DNA of 64,000 nucleotides from a candidate division WOR-3 bacterium (GCA_965648915.1 CBFGIV010000001.1:64001-128000); one strand, 5' to 3'; shown: positions 1 through 12,000, counted from the stretch's first letter. The notes: generated by a model from the letters alone, not told the origin. Made by a program: numbers and translations.

Positions 1-4
1 GAAG

Positions 5-1183
5 ATGCCCGGTATTGATGGCCTTGAGGTGTTAAAGACTGTAAATAAGATAAGAAAAGGCCTGCCAGTTATTATCATTACTGCATTTGCAACTATCGAT
101 ACGGCGGTGGTCGCGATGAAAGAAGGGGCGGCTGATTACATACTGAAGCCATTCGATCCAGAAGAGCTCCTTATTGTTATAGGTAAACTTATTGAACACC
201 AGCTGCTCATCAAAGAGAATATTCTTTTACGGCAGGAGTTGACCAAAAGATTTAATTTTCAGAACCTCATCGGAAAGAGTCCAAAGATGATCAAGATTTT
301 TGATCTGATAAAGACGGTAGCGCCAACAAAGTCAAATATCCTAATTAAAGGTGAAAGTGGAACCGGTAAAGAACTCGTTGCTCGTGCTATTCATGAACTT
401 AGTCTTAGAAAAGAAGGTCCTTTTATTCCGATTAACTGTGGTGCTTTACCCGAGTCACTCCTCGAAGCAGAACTCTTTGGTTATGAAAAGGGCGCTTTTA
501 CTGGTGCGGTCGCTCAACATCGGGGGCGGATTGAAATGGCGGATAGAGGGACATTGTTTCTCGATGAAGTTGGAGACATCAGCCTCAAGACCCAGACCGA
601 TCTATTGAGATTTATTCAGGAGCGGGAGTTTATGCGTCTGGGGGGCAGGGTTTCAATAAAGGTAGATTTAAGAATTATTTCGGCAACGAATAAAAATATC
701 GAGGAGTTAATTAAACAGGGTAAATTCCGGGAGGATTTATATTATCGCCTGAATGTAATTACGATCGAGATCCCTCCCCTGCGTGACCGGAAAGAAGATT
801 TACCACTTCTGATTGAACATTTTCTAACAAAATTTAGCCTTGAGACCGAAAAAGAGATAAATCGGGTCAGCGATGATGCAATGAAGTTATTATTAAATTA
901 TCACTGGCCGGGCAATGTCAGACAACTGGAGAACACGATCGAACACGCAGTGGTAATCAGCAAGGGGCCACAGATAACTATTTCCGATTTGCCCGAACAT
1001 CTTCTGTCAACTGAGGAGTTTCAAGAAGGGGATCAATCCTTAGAAGCAATTGAGCGAACCCATATCTTGAATATTCTTAAAAAAAATAACTGGAATATAA
1101 CAAGATCGGCAAAGATCTTAGGCATAAATCGATTGACTCTTTATAATAAGATAAGAGATTTTGATTTAAAGGCGAATAAATAG
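5..1183 (+). CDS. Sigma54-dependent response regulator (NtrC/AtoC family; REC-AAA+-Fis HTH), 5' end outside window
   Basis: C-terminal half of a REC domain (MPGIDG...ITAF..KPF), Walker A GESGTGKE, GAFTGA loop, FLDEVG, FREDLYYRLNV, C-terminal HTH (SAKILGINRLTLYNK). Confidence 0.95.
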   Translation: MPGIDGLEVLKTVNKIRKGLPVIIITAFATIDTAVVAMKEGAADYILKPFDPEELLIVIGKLIEHQLLIKENILLRQELTKRFNFQNLIGKSPKMIKIFDLIKTVAPTKSNILIKGESGTGKELVARAIHELSLRKEGPFIPINCGALPESLLEAELFGYEKGAFTGAVAQHRGRIEMADRGTLFLDEVGDISLKTQTDLLRFIQEREFMRLGGRVSIKVDLRIISATNKNIEELIKQGKFREDLYYRLNVITIEIPPLRDRKEDLPLLIEHFLTKFSLETEKEINRVSDDAMKLLLNYHWPGNVRQLENTIEHAVVISKGPQITISDLPEHLLSTEEFQEGDQSLEAIERTHILNILKKNNWNITRSAKILGINRLTLYNKIRDFDLKANK

Positions 1184-1329
1184 CCACTACCGTTTATAAA
1201 ACAAACATTATAATATCCAAAAAATAAAGGCATATTGCTTTTGTCTATTTTTTAATCAATACCTATTAAAAAATAATCGTTATAATCTAATTATTCATCT
1301 GAAAAATCAGGACTTATTCTACATAGAGA

Positions 1330-1346
1330 TAGGCACATTTTTTGCA
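1330..1346 (+). promoter_or_regulatory. Sigma54 (-24/-12) promoter
   Basis: TAGGCACATTTTTTGCA: GG(1332-33)-N10-GC(1344-45), directly downstream of a sigma54 activator gene and upstream of the hdr operon. Confidence 0.75.
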
Positions 1347-1359
1347 ATTTATATAAGTG

Positions 1360-1560
1360 ATGGCAACAAAATGTCCTTTCCTTGAAGAAGTTATTGTCCG
1401 TTATTGTACGCTCTGCCCGATAAGGAAGATGTTGCCCAAAGACAGCTTGATCGACCAGGGTCCGTGCTGTGACAATTACCAGGAATGTTCTATCTATAGA
1501 GATTTTACAGATAAGAGTAGAAAATTTTATGAAAAAAGAAAAGATTCTAATAATAGATGA
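1360..1560 (+). CDS. Small cysteine-rich hypothetical protein
   Basis: 66 aa (ATG 1360, GTG 1357) with 6 Cys: CPFL..YCTLCP..CC..EC; first ORF after the sigma54 promoter; overlaps the next gene by 32 nt. Confidence 0.55.
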   Translation: MATKCPFLEEVIVRYCTLCPIRKMLPKDSLIDQGPCCDNYQECSIYRDFTDKSRKFYEKRKDSNNR

Positions 1561-2623
1561 CGAACAGGCAGTATGTGAGGCCTGCAGTGCCATACTCAAG
1601 GCTGAAAACCTTGATGTTTTTACAGCTCAGGACGGGCCCTCAGGCCTGCAAAGATTCGAGGAGACAAAACCGGATGTCGTCTTTATTGACTTAAAAATGC
1701 CTGGTATGTCGGGGATGAATGTTCTTTCTCGATTGAACGAAAAAGATCCGGATGCAGTTTTGATTGTTATTACAGGATATTCGACGATTGAATCGGCGGT
1801 GGAGTCGATGAAGAGAGGGGCATTCGATTATCTCCCCAAGCCGTTCACGCCTGATGAATTAAGGATTATTACAAAAAGGGCGTTAGAGAAGAGAGCAGCG
1901 GTGATTGAAGCCCGGAGAGTGAAAGAAGAGAAGGAACAGATGCGTCAGAATTTTATCTCTCTGGTTTCTCATGAATTGAGGACACCATTGGCGGCAGTAA
2001 TGCAGTACATAGAGGTTCTCTCGGTCAGCCTCGCCGGTAAACTTTCTCCAGAGCAGTTTAAAATTATCGAGCGAATGAAAGTGCGAATGAATGAGCTCCT
2101 TTCTTTGATTGATCGCTGGTTAAAACTTGCCCGGATCGAGGAGTTAAAATTAAAGGATAGTTTCAAATATTTTGCACTTGATCAGGTAATCAAAGAAGCC
2201 ATGGAACTAACCGACCCGCTTGCTCGAGAGAAGAAGATAAAGGTCGAACTGATCCACACAGACAATGATGCACAGATCAATGGTGATCGTGATATGATTA
2301 AGGAGATTTTCGTGAATCTGATAACTAACGGAATCAAATATAATCGGGAAGGGGGGTCGGTTCAGGTTTCATTACGTGGAGATGAGAACTTCTGGATTAT
2401 CGATGTCATTGATACCGGGATTGGTATCAAGGATAAAGATCTACCGATGATTGGTCAAGAGTTCTATCGAGTGAGACAAGAGGGGCTAGTGTCTGGTTCC
2501 GGTCTTGGTCTGGCAATTGTCAGGAAGATTTTAAGTATCCACGATGGTAAGTTGGAGATAAAGAGTCAAGTCGGGCAGGGCAGTACATTCAGTGTCTATT
2601 TGCCCAGGCTTTCTAAACAATGA
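1529..2623 (+). CDS. Cytoplasmic hybrid response regulator/histidine kinase (REC-HisKA-HATPase)
   Basis: KILIIDD..FIDLKMP REC; H-box SHELRTPL; N-box NLITNGIKYN; DTGIGI; GSGLGL. ATG 1529 preferred over the 1469 track start. Confidence 0.92.
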   Translation: MKKEKILIIDDEQAVCEACSAILKAENLDVFTAQDGPSGLQRFEETKPDVVFIDLKMPGMSGMNVLSRLNEKDPDAVLIVITGYSTIESAVESMKRGAFDYLPKPFTPDELRIITKRALEKRAAVIEARRVKEEKEQMRQNFISLVSHELRTPLAAVMQYIEVLSVSLAGKLSPEQFKIIERMKVRMNELLSLIDRWLKLARIEELKLKDSFKYFALDQVIKEAMELTDPLAREKKIKVELIHTDNDAQINGDRDMIKEIFVNLITNGIKYNREGGSVQVSLRGDENFWIIDVIDTGIGIKDKDLPMIGQEFYRVRQEGLVSGSGLGLAIVRKILSIHDGKLEIKSQVGQGSTFSVYLPRLSKQ

Positions 2624-2664
2624 ATTTAAGATAGTATTTTTTAAGAAACTTTTAAGGAGCCAAA

Positions 2665-3456
2665 ATGAAAAAATCAAAGATTTTAATAATCGATGATGAC
2701 CCGGATTTTAATACCGCTACCAGAATAATGCTGGAAGATGCGGGGTATGAAGTTGCTATAGCCCTGACCGGACGGGAAGGGTTAGATAGCATGCGCAAAG
2801 CGCGACCTGACCTGATCATACTCGATGTGATGCTGCCAGATATTAATGGTTTTTCCGTCTGCCGGGAGATTAAGGACGATCCTAATTCTTCAACCATCCC
2901 AGTTATTCTTCTAACTTCAGTAAGTGCAAAGCCCGGTGGCTATGCCGAGAATATTGCGCGCGAGCATAAAGCAGATTCTTTTTTAGAAAAGCCAGTCGAC
3001 CGGACGAAGTTACTTCAGGCCGTCAATACATTACTGGTACCGTCACCGGTTAAAGAAAAACGTGGCCGAGCAAAGATTTTACTGGTTGATGATGACCCCG
3101 ATATGGTTGAGGCGACAAAACAGATTCTTCAGGCGAATAACTTTGAGGTAATAACGGCCAAAGACGGTGAAGAGGGGCTGGTCAAGGCAAGATATGAAAA
3201 TCCTGATCTTATTCTCCTCGATGTGATTATGCCCGGGAAAGATGGTTATACGGTCTGCTATGAGTTGCGTAAAAGCGGTCAGACCCGATCGATCCCGATT
3301 ATTATGCTTACCGCAATTGGTCAGCAACTGTCGCGGCCTGAGTATGGGATGGATATTGCAATTGACCATCTGGCGGATGATTATATTGCTAAACCGTTTG
3401 ACACTCCGACCCTGTTGAAGAAGATCGAGAAACATCTTACATTTTATAGCGGATGA
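2665..3456 (+). CDS. Tandem double-receiver (REC-REC) response regulator without output domain
   Basis: Two REC domains (ILIIDDD..LDVMLP..KP; ILLVDDD..LDVIMP..KP); SD AAGGAG upstream. Confidence 0.9.
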   Translation: MKKSKILIIDDDPDFNTATRIMLEDAGYEVAIALTGREGLDSMRKARPDLIILDVMLPDINGFSVCREIKDDPNSSTIPVILLTSVSAKPGGYAENIAREHKADSFLEKPVDRTKLLQAVNTLLVPSPVKEKRGRAKILLVDDDPDMVEATKQILQANNFEVITAKDGEEGLVKARYENPDLILLDVIMPGKDGYTVCYELRKSGQTRSIPIIMLTAIGQQLSRPEYGMDIAIDHLADDYIAKPFDTPTLLKKIEKHLTFYSG

Positions 3457-3953
3457 TTAAAGAAGAACTCTTTCCTAAATTCAAATACGAAATTGCTCAG
3501 GAACCAGGTGGCGAGAATATCAGGGCTTGCTTTGCCTGTGGTATCTGCACGGCAAGTTGTCCAATAAGAGAGATCGATGAACGGTATAATCCGCGTCGGA
3601 TAATTCGTATGGTCCTTTTGGGGATGAAAAAGAGAGTCTTGACAAGCGATTTTATCTGGTTCTGCTCAAGTTGTTATGCCTGCACGGAGCGGTGTCCACA
3701 GGGAGTAAAGTTTACAGATGTTATCAATGCGATCAAGAATCGAGCGGTTAAGGAAGGTCATATACACCATTCTTTGGCCACGCAGATTGATATACTGGGA
3801 AGGCAATGTAGGCTTTATGAAATCGACGATTTTGACAACAACAAACGTCAGTCGCTTGGCCTGCCCAGAGTGCCAAAGACTAAGGGATTTATCCGGAAGA
3901 TTATGACGATAACCGGGATTAATAAGATTAGAACTGGTAAAGATAGACAGTAG
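3453..3953 (+). CDS. hdrC: Heterodisulfide reductase subunit C
   Basis: CFACGICTASCP and WFCSSCYACTERCPQGV 2x[4Fe-4S]; adjacent to hdrB. Confidence 0.92.
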   Translation: MIKEELFPKFKYEIAQEPGGENIRACFACGICTASCPIREIDERYNPRRIIRMVLLGMKKRVLTSDFIWFCSSCYACTERCPQGVKFTDVINAIKNRAVKEGHIHHSLATQIDILGRQCRLYEIDDFDNNKRQSLGLPRVPKTKGFIRKIMTITGINKIRTGKDRQ

Positions 3954-4011
3954 ATCAGACCTTCAGTTCATACTTTATGCTGATACTATTTTAAAAAAAG
4001 TGTGGTAGAAG

Positions 4012-4902
4012 ATGAGGTATCTATTATTTCCTGGTTGCACGGTTCTTGGGCGCGGTAGAAATTATGAGATGTCAGCCCGGGCAGTAGCGAAAGCCCTGGG
4101 TATTGAATTTATTGATAATGATGATTTTGAATGTTGTGGATTTCCATTAAAGTCGGTTGATTATGAAACTTATTTCTTGATCGCAGCGTTTAATATCCTT
4201 TCGGCCGAAAGTCAGGGATTAAATATCTGCGCTCTCTGTAACGCCTGTTTAAGTTCGCTGACCGAGGTCAATAAAAAACTGATTGAAGATTTTGACCGGA
4301 AGGCAAGGATCATTGCTCTGCTCAGAAGGCAGGGATTCAGTTATCGAATGGGTGAAAATATTGCAGTGAAGCATTTTACCCGGATTATCTATGAAGAAAT
4401 TGGACTTGAAGAGATCGGCAAGATGATAAGGGTAAGACTCGGTGGGATTAGAATTGCCCCTCATTATGGTTGCCACTATTTAAGACCAGCGGAAATTTAC
4501 AATCACATTGAAGACCCGGAAAATCCTCATTCCTTGGATGAACTTATTAGTGTAACCGGTGCGCAGTCGGTCGAATATCCTGAAAAACTAAAATGCTGTG
4601 GTGCTGGGGTACTGGCAATTGATGAAGAACTGGCCTATTCGATTGCTCGACCAAAACTTCAGAGGTTAACTCAGGACTCAATTGATGCTATTGTTCTGGC
4701 GTGTCCGTTCTGTAGTGTAATGTTTGATGATAATCAGAAGAAGATGGAGCATAAATTCCAGGAACAGTACAATCTCCCAGTTCTTTACTACCCTCAGATT
4801 TTAGGTCTGGCACTGGGATTAGAACCCAGAATCCTTGGTCTCCAGATGAACCGGGTATCAACAAAGTCATTGCTGGAAAAGATAGCAAAATTACCGCATT
4901 GA
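4012..4902 (+). CDS. hdrB: Heterodisulfide reductase subunit B (CCG domains)
   Basis: FPGC, CCGFP, CNAC, HYGCH, CCGAG, CPFC; C-terminal LPVLYYPQILGLALG. Confidence 0.93.
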   Translation: MRYLLFPGCTVLGRGRNYEMSARAVAKALGIEFIDNDDFECCGFPLKSVDYETYFLIAAFNILSAESQGLNICALCNACLSSLTEVNKKLIEDFDRKARIIALLRRQGFSYRMGENIAVKHFTRIIYEEIGLEEIGKMIRVRLGGIRIAPHYGCHYLRPAEIYNHIEDPENPHSLDELISVTGAQSVEYPEKLKCCGAGVLAIDEELAYSIARPKLQRLTQDSIDAIVLACPFCSVMFDDNQKKMEHKFQEQYNLPVLYYPQILGLALGLEPRILGLQMNRVSTKSLLEKIAKLPH

Positions 4903-4920
4903 GAGAAATGAGAAGCCGAA

Positions 4921-5811
4921 ATGGAAGAAGCAGAAAATAGACGGCAAACCGAAAGTGTCGTTGGTGCTGTTTTGGTTGTAGGCGGTGGAATCGGTGGCAT
5001 TCAGGCGGCGCTTGATCTGGCCGATTCTGGCTTTAAAGTCTATCTTTTAGAAAAAGAACCCAGCATTGGTGGCGTGATGGCTCAACTGGACAAGACTTTT
5101 CCAACCAATGATTGCTCAATGTGTATCCTTGCACCTAAACTGGTCAGTGTTGCTCGCCACCCGAATATCAAGGTTATTACTAACGCCGACATCGAAGAAA
5201 TATCCGGCTCGGCCGGACATTTTGTAGTGCAAATCAAAAAGCGGCCGCGTTTTATTGATGAAGAAAAATGCACCGGTTGTGGCCTTTGTATGCAGAATTG
5301 CCCGGTGCGCCAGATCGTCGATCTTAAAGAAGAGGATGATAAACTTTTTTTGAAACCTGAGGATCAGAATAAGGTCGAGGAGATTTTGAAGGAGTATCGG
5401 TCGAAGAAAGGCAATCTAATGCCAATTCTACAAAGGATTAACTCCTCGTATAATTACCTGCCGGGCGACTTGCTCCGTTATATTTCACGGGAGCTCGATA
5501 TTCCGTTAAGCCAGATTTATAATATTGCTACTTTTTATAATGCCTTTAGCCTGGTGCCAAAGGGGCGTCATACGATTGCAATCTGTCGAGGCACTGCCTG
5601 CCATGTTCGGGGATCGCTCCGGATCCTGGAGAAACTGGAGCAGGAACTCGGCGTTGGTGACGGTGGGACAACTGAAGATTTAAGATTTTCTATCCAGACC
5701 GTACGCTGCATCGGTTGTTGCAGTATTGCGCCTGCGGTCAGAATTGACCGGGATACCTTTGGTAATGTCCGGCCCAGTCAGTTAATGAATCTATTGAGGA
5801 AATACCAATGA
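4921..5811 (+). CDS. Fusion: HdrA N-terminal fragment (FAD Rossmann motif + first ferredoxin) + NuoE/HydC-like [2Fe-2S] subunit
   Basis: aa 1-129 [43 protein letters not shown] (HdrA); remainder [26 protein letters not shown] (NuoE). Confidence 0.9.
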   Translation: MEEAENRRQTESVVGAVLVVGGGIGGIQAALDLADSGFKVYLLEKEPSIGGVMAQLDKTFPTNDCSMCILAPKLVSVARHPNIKVITNADIEEISGSAGHFVVQIKKRPRFIDEEKCTGCGLCMQNCPVRQIVDLKEEDDKLFLKPEDQNKVEEILKEYRSKKGNLMPILQRINSSYNYLPGDLLRYISRELDIPLSQIYNIATFYNAFSLVPKGRHTIAICRGTACHVRGSLRILEKLEQELGVGDGGTTEDLRFSIQTVRCIGCCSIAPAVRIDRDTFGNVRPSQLMNLLRKYQ

Positions 5812-8800
5812 GAATTACAACCCTTGCCGATTTATCAAAAATTAAAGAATCCGCACGTAATCGCTTATATCCAGAAAATAGGACACGCATAACTGTAGGT
5901 ATGGCAACCTGCGGACTCGCCACCGGTGCGGAAGCAGTCTATGATTATCTTGTAAAAAATAGTGATGCGGAAGTCCTGGTTATCCCAGTCGGTTGTCTGG
6001 GATTCTGCCAAAAAGAACCGCTGGTTGATATTCGGGCTCCGGGTTATCCCCGGCTAACCTTTGTCCAGGTTAACGAGACGAAGGTTAAACAGATATATGA
6101 TATGTTGAGACAGAACCGGCTCGATACAGAATGGGCTGAGTGGCGTATGGATGAAGACTATTTTTTAATCACCGATGAGAAATATCAACTTACCGACGGC
6201 TCGATACCCGACCGTATTAAACTGATTACCACCTACGAGAATGTTCCTTTTTTTAAGAAGCAGTTCAAAATCGCTCTGCGCAATTGTGGTTTCATCAATC
6301 CCGAAGATATTGAGGAATATATCGCGCGTGGAGGATATTTTGCACTCTATAAAGTTCTCAACAATATGAAACCCGAAGATGTGATTGAGGAGATGAAGAT
6401 TTCTGGATTAAGAGGCAGGGGCGGGGCCGGGTTTCCAACCGGGCTGAAATGGGATATCTGTCGCCGGATGAAAGGTGACGTTAAATATATCATCTGCAAT
6501 GCAGACGAGGGTGACCCCGGTGCCTATATGGATCGCTCAATCCTTGAAGGCGATCCGCATTCAGTAATTGAAGGTATGCTGATTGGTGCTTATGCAATCG
6601 GCGCCACTGAGGGCTATATCTACGTCCGAACTGAATACCCATTGGCGATTGAACGGTTCGCTAAGGCCCTTAAAGACGCTCAGACCTATGGATTCCTGGG
6701 GGAAAGAATTTTTGGTAAGGACTTCAATTTTAAGATTAATATAGCCCAGGGCTCCGGGGCCTTTGTTTGTGGGGAGGAGACTTCGCTTATTGCATCGATT
6801 GAAGGAAGAGCACCAGAGCCGAGGCTGAGGCCGCCGTTTCCGGCCGAATCCGGTCTGTGGGGTAAACCTACTAATATCAATAATGTTGAGACCTGGGCCA
6901 ATGTACCGGTGATAATTGCCCGGGGAGGTTCCTGGTTTGCAGGCATCGGAACAGAAATGAGCAAGGGGACGAAGGTTTTTTCTCTGGTTGGTAAGATTGA
7001 AAATACCGGCCTGATTGAGGTGCCGATGGGGATAAAACTGGATGAGATCCTGGAATTAGGTGGTGGTATACCCAGAGGCAGGAAATTCAAAGCGATTCAG
7101 ACCGGGGGTCCATCTGGTGGATGTATTCCGTTGAAATTGATAAATCTCCCGGTCGATTATGAACGATTGGCTGAGGCCGGTTCAATTATGGGATCAGGCG
7201 GTATGATCGTGATGGATGAGCGAACCTGTATGGTTGATATTGCCCGATATTTTCTGGAATTCTTAAAAGATGAGTCATGCGGAAAGTGCGTCTCCTGTCG
7301 GGAGGGAACCCGACAGATGTATGAAATAGTAAAGCGAATTACTGAAGGTCAGGGCAGAGAAGAGGATATTGATCTCTTAGAAAACATAGGATATGCTGTG
7401 AAATCTGCTTCAATGTGTGGTCTGGGACAAACGGCTGCCAACCCGATACTTTCAACGATTAAATATTTCCGAAGCGAGTATGAGGCACACATTAAATATA
7501 AAAGATGTCCAGCAGTTGTCTGTAAAGAAATAGTCTCCTCACCCTGTCAACATACCTGTCCAATCGGTACTGAAGCCCAGGTTTACATTACGAGGATTGC
7601 CCGGGGTGAATTTCATAAGGCATTAGATGTGATTGCGCGGGAGAACCCTATGCCCGCAAGTATTAGCCGTATCTGCCATCACCCATGTGAAAGGATCCTC
7701 TGCCGGGCAGGGGAGATTGGTGAACCGATAAGTATTCGAGGGCTAAAACGTTTTGTGACCGACTGGGCAAGATCAGTAAATGTCGAGATACCTTTACCGA
7801 AGAGGGATGCACTGACGGGCAAAAAAGTCGCCATTATCGGTTCCGGACCGGCTGGACTTTCGGCCGGTTATTATCTCTCCCTGAAAGGTCACCGGGTAAC
7901 AATTTTTGAAGCCGAAAATCAACCGGGCGGTATGCTCTTTGTTGGAATACCGGAATATCGCCTGCCTCGAGATATACTCCAGTATGATATTAAAAACATC
8001 GAACGGAGCGGTGTTGAGATAATAACCGGCGTAAAGGTTGGTGTGGACATAAAAATTGATGACCTGTTCAGGCAGGGTTATAATGCAATTTTTATTGCGA
8101 TTGGCGCGCATGAGAGTATCAAATTAAATATCCCGGGAGAGGAAGATCCCGATGTCTTATCAGCAATGAATTTTTTAAGAGCAATCCATACCGGGCAGAA
8201 GGTGGCTCTCGGTAAAAGTGTTTGTGTGCTCGGTGGTGGAAACTCAGCAATTGATGCGGCCCGGGTGGCGAGAAGACTCGGCTGTGAGGTAACAATTGTC
8301 TATCGTCGAACGCGTAGCGAAATGCCGGCATTCGTTGAGGAGATCGAAGGTGCACTCGAAGAAGGGGTTAAATTGATTTATTTGACTGCACCCCAGAAGA
8401 TTATAAGGCAGAATGACAAACTTCAATTGCATTGTATAAGGATGACCCTGGGAGAATATGATGAGTCGGGCCGGAGACGCCCGGTACCAGTACCGGCTTC
8501 TGAATTCTTTTTAGAATTTGATTCCATCATTTCTGCCATCGGCGAAAAACCTCGGAGTGAATTCTTGAAGGATTTTGTAAAGTTAACGAAATGGGGAACG
8601 ATCGAAGTTGATCCCGAGAGTTTGAGGACGAGCCGTCCCGGAGTCTATGCGGGTGGAGATGCAATTCGCGGGCCAAGTACCGCAATCGAAGCAATTCGTG
8701 ATGGTAAGATTGCGGCTGAGGCAATTGATAATTATTTAAAAAATAGAACCTGGAAGATTACTTATCAGGTGACCCGTCCCTCAGAATATCTGGAACCGAT

Positions 8801-9011
8801 CGAAATGACTGAAGACGAGATCAGGGAATTTAAACGGCCGGTAATGCCCACTTTAGCGCCGAATGAACGGATAAATGGCTTTACTGAGATCGAACTGGGA
8901 TATTCAACCGAGGCGGCGATAAAAGAAGCCCGACGTTGCCTGAGGTGTGATCTGGATACAAATGAAGGAAGGAAGTTTATTGAAAAACAGAAGGTCCGAA
9001 CCGATGGTTAA
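5808..9011 (+). CDS. Fusion: NuoF/HydB-like FMN/NADH subunit + GltD/NfnB-like FAD/NAD(P)H oxidoreductase
   Basis: Trx-like N-terminus (ATCG..GCLGFC), [39 protein letters not shown]; then [49 protein letters not shown]. Confidence 0.92.
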   Translation: MRITTLADLSKIKESARNRLYPENRTRITVGMATCGLATGAEAVYDYLVKNSDAEVLVIPVGCLGFCQKEPLVDIRAPGYPRLTFVQVNETKVKQIYDMLRQNRLDTEWAEWRMDEDYFLITDEKYQLTDGSIPDRIKLITTYENVPFFKKQFKIALRNCGFINPEDIEEYIARGGYFALYKVLNNMKPEDVIEEMKISGLRGRGGAGFPTGLKWDICRRMKGDVKYIICNADEGDPGAYMDRSILEGDPHSVIEGMLIGAYAIGATEGYIYVRTEYPLAIERFAKALKDAQTYGFLGERIFGKDFNFKINIAQGSGAFVCGEETSLIASIEGRAPEPRLRPPFPAESGLWGKPTNINNVETWANVPVIIARGGSWFAGIGTEMSKGTKVFSLVGKIENTGLIEVPMGIKLDEILELGGGIPRGRKFKAIQTGGPSGGCIPLKLINLPVDYERLAEAGSIMGSGGMIVMDERTCMVDIARYFLEFLKDESCGKCVSCREGTRQMYEIVKRITEGQGREEDIDLLENIGYAVKSASMCGLGQTAANPILSTIKYFRSEYEAHIKYKRCPAVVCKEIVSSPCQHTCPIGTEAQVYITRIARGEFHKALDVIARENPMPASISRICHHPCERILCRAGEIGEPISIRGLKRFVTDWARSVNVEIPLPKRDALTGKKVAIIGSGPAGLSAGYYLSLKGHRVTIFEAENQPGGMLFVGIPEYRLPRDILQYDIKNIERSGVEIITGVKVGVDIKIDDLFRQGYNAIFIAIGAHESIKLNIPGEEDPDVLSAMNFLRAIHTGQKVALGKSVCVLGGGNSAIDAARVARRLGCEVTIVYRRTRSEMPAFVEEIEGALEEGVKLIYLTAPQKIIRQNDKLQLHCIRMTLGEYDESGRRRPVPVPASEFFLEFDSIISAIGEKPRSEFLKDFVKLTKWGTIEVDPESLRTSRPGVYAGGDAIRGPSTAIEAIRDGKIAAEAIDNYLKNRTWKITYQVTRPSEYLEPIEMTEDEIREFKRPVMPTLAPNERINGFTEIELGYSTEAAIKEARRCLRCDLDTNEGRKFIEKQKVRTDG

Positions 9012-12000
9012 ATTCAATATTAATGGTATACCGGTAGAAATTGAAAGAGGCAAGACGATTCTCCAAGCGGCTCAAAAACTCGGTATTCCAATCTTGACAC
9101 TTTGTTATCACCGATCATTGACCCCCTATGGTGCCTGTCGACTCTGTCTGGTTGAAATCCATAAGAAGGGAAGGAAACTTATTCAGGCTTCTTGTCAATA
9201 TCAGGTCGAAGACGACATTGATATAAAAACTGAAACCCCGGAACTGCAAAAAATCAGACAGATTATGATCAGTCTCCATCTGGCTCGTGCACCCAGGGCC
9301 AGGAAGATCATTGAGATTGCTGAAAAACTTGGTGTGACGAAATCCGATCTGATAACTCAGGATGAAAATTGTGTCCTCTGTGGTTTATGTGTTAGAATGT
9401 GCAAAGAAAGGATGGGGCGAAGTGCAATAAATTTTGCAATGCGTGGTGAGCGAAGGAAGATAACGACTCCTTTTGATCTTAAATCCCCGGTTTGCATGGT
9501 ATGCGGTGCTTGTTATTTTATCTGCCCAACTGTATCGGAAAAATTGAAAGAGGTCAGTGCCCGGAGCGCACAACCGATTCCTGATGAATTCGATGAGCGA
9601 CTACGGTCCCGGCCAGTAATTCATATCCCATTTCCCCAGGCGGTTCCAAACCTTGCGCTCATCGATAAGGAACACTGTGTTCATCTCTTGACCCAGGAAT
9701 GTAGGATTTGTGAGGATTTTTGTGAGGCCCAGGCAATAAAATTTGATCAGCAAGAAGATCTCATCAAGATCGATATTGGTTCAATCATCCTGGCCCCAGG
9801 TTTTGATGAATTTGATGCCCGGCGTAAGAGTGAGTATGGTTATGGAAGATTTAATAATGTTGTAACATCGATTGAATTTGAGAGAATTCTTTCGGCATCA
9901 GGCCCTTTTCAAGGTCATCTTTTAAGACCGGGTGATAAGAAGGAACCCAAGCGGATTGCTTTTATTCAGTGTGTTGGCTCAAGAGATCCACAGGTTGGTG
10001 TAAATTATTGTTCCTCAGTCTGCTGTACCTATGCTATTAAAGAGGCAATCATTGCCAAGGAACATTCAAAAAATGGTCTTGAGGTGACAATTTTTTATAT
10101 GGATATCAGAACATTTGGTAAGGGTTTTGAATCTTACTATGAGCGTGCCCGAAGTGAATACGGTATTCATTTTGTTCGAGCGGGTGTGTCTAAGATTGAA
10201 GAGGACCCTCAGACAAAAAATTTGAAAGTATATTACGAAAGTGAAGATGGAGAGATTAAACAAGAAGAATTTGATTTGATTGTTTTATCGGTTGGATTGA
10301 TGCCCAGGGTCGATTCCGCTCAATTGGCAAGGAAACTACGAATCAATCTCAATATTCATGGTTTCTGTCGCACCTCGGAATTTATGCCCGTCGATACGAT
10401 GCAAGACGGTATTTATGTCTGCGGTGCATTTGCTGGACCAAAGGATATCCCGGAGACAGTAACCCAGGCTTCGGCGGCAGCGGCCCGGGCAATGGAAATG
10501 TTGGCTCCGGTTCGGCATACTTTAACTGTAAAAAGAGAACCACCCCCTGAACTTGATGTTAGTAACCAGGAAACGCGTATTGGAGTTTTCGTCTGCCACT
10601 GTGGGATAAATATTGGCGGTTATGTCGATGTCCTGGCAGTTGTTGAGTGTATTAAGGATGAAGCAAATGTGGTTTATGTTGACCACAATCTCTACACCTG
10701 TTCCCAGGATACCCAAAAGAGAATAATCGAGAAGATTAAGGAACATAAATTGAATCGGGTTGTTGTTGCATCTTGCACCCCAAGAACACACGAGCCTTTG
10801 TTCAGGGAGACGATAAGGGAAGCTGGTTTAAATCCGTATCTTTTTGAGATGGCAAATATCCGGGACCAGTGTTCCTGGATCCACATGCAAGAACCGAAAG
10901 AGGCAACAGAGAAGGCGAAAGATCTGTTAAGAATGGCGGTTGCAAAAGCGAGATATCTTAAACCGCTCAAACGTGTTGAGATTGAGGTTACCCCGAAGGC
11001 ACTGGTCATTGGTGGCGGTATTTCCGGAATGGTTGCGAGTCTTGCCCTTGCCAATCAGGGGTTTGAAGTATTCCTGATCGAACGTGATACTGAACTGGGC
11101 GGTTATGCCCGATATATAAATTACACAATTGAAGGTCGTAATATCCAGAATTTCTTAAACCTGACAATTGAGAAAGTTAGAAAACATAAATTGATCAGGT
11201 TATTTACTAATGCGGAGATTGAATCGATAACTGGATTTATTGGCAACTATGAATCCGAAATTCGAAAGAGCGATGGCTCGAAGGAGAGATTTAAGCATGG
11301 CGTCGTCATCGTTGCAACGGGAGCCCAGGAGTACAAACCGACTGAATATTTTTATGGGAAAAATCCAAGGATTATTACCCAGCGCGAGTTAGAGAAGGTC
11401 TTGGACGAAAACCGGTACAAAGAATTAGATGTTATAGGCCTGAGAAGAAATGCTCAACCAGGGTTTGATATTACTCAATTGAATTCGGTTGTTATGATTC
11501 AGTGTATCGGGTCAAGAGATGAGGCACATCCCTATTGCAGTCGCATCTGTTGCAGTCAGGCAGTTAAAAACGGACTGAGACTGCTTGAAGAGAACCCCAA
11601 TTTGAACGTTTATATATTATATAAGGATGTTCGAACCTATGGCCTGAGAGAAGATCTCTACCGGCGTGCACGTGAAGCTGGTATAGTTTTTATAAAATAT
11701 GACAATGATCATACACCTGAATTATCCTGGACCGTCGATGGACGAATTATAATGTCGGTATTTGAACCAATTCTTAAAGAAAATATAGACCTCGTTCCTG
11801 ATCTCTGTATTCTTTCTACCGGAATCGAGCCCAATCAAGATAATGCAATTCTTGCAAAAATGCTTAAAGTCCCCCTTAACACGGAGGGATTCTTCCTTGA
11901 GGCCCATGTTAAACTCAGACCGGTCGACTTTGCAACTGAAGGCATATTCGTTGCCGGTATGGCCCACAGTCCAAAGACGATCGATGAATCAATATGCCAA

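Noticed and set aside
1469..1528. Longer ORF-track starts (1469, 8947, 20064, 40092)
   Set aside because: Domain boundaries, SD positions or gene overlaps favour 1529, 9004, 20073 and 40071
5738..5830. HdrA split explained as a frameshift or pseudogene
   Set aside because: Both halves are fused in frame to complete NuoE and NuoG-N domains, and the genes are coupled by start/stop overlaps, consistent with a functional operon
6686..7090. Similar antisense ORFs here and at 16043-16333
   Set aside because: They are shadows of the two conserved nuoF paralogs on the opposite strand; the similarity is a by-product
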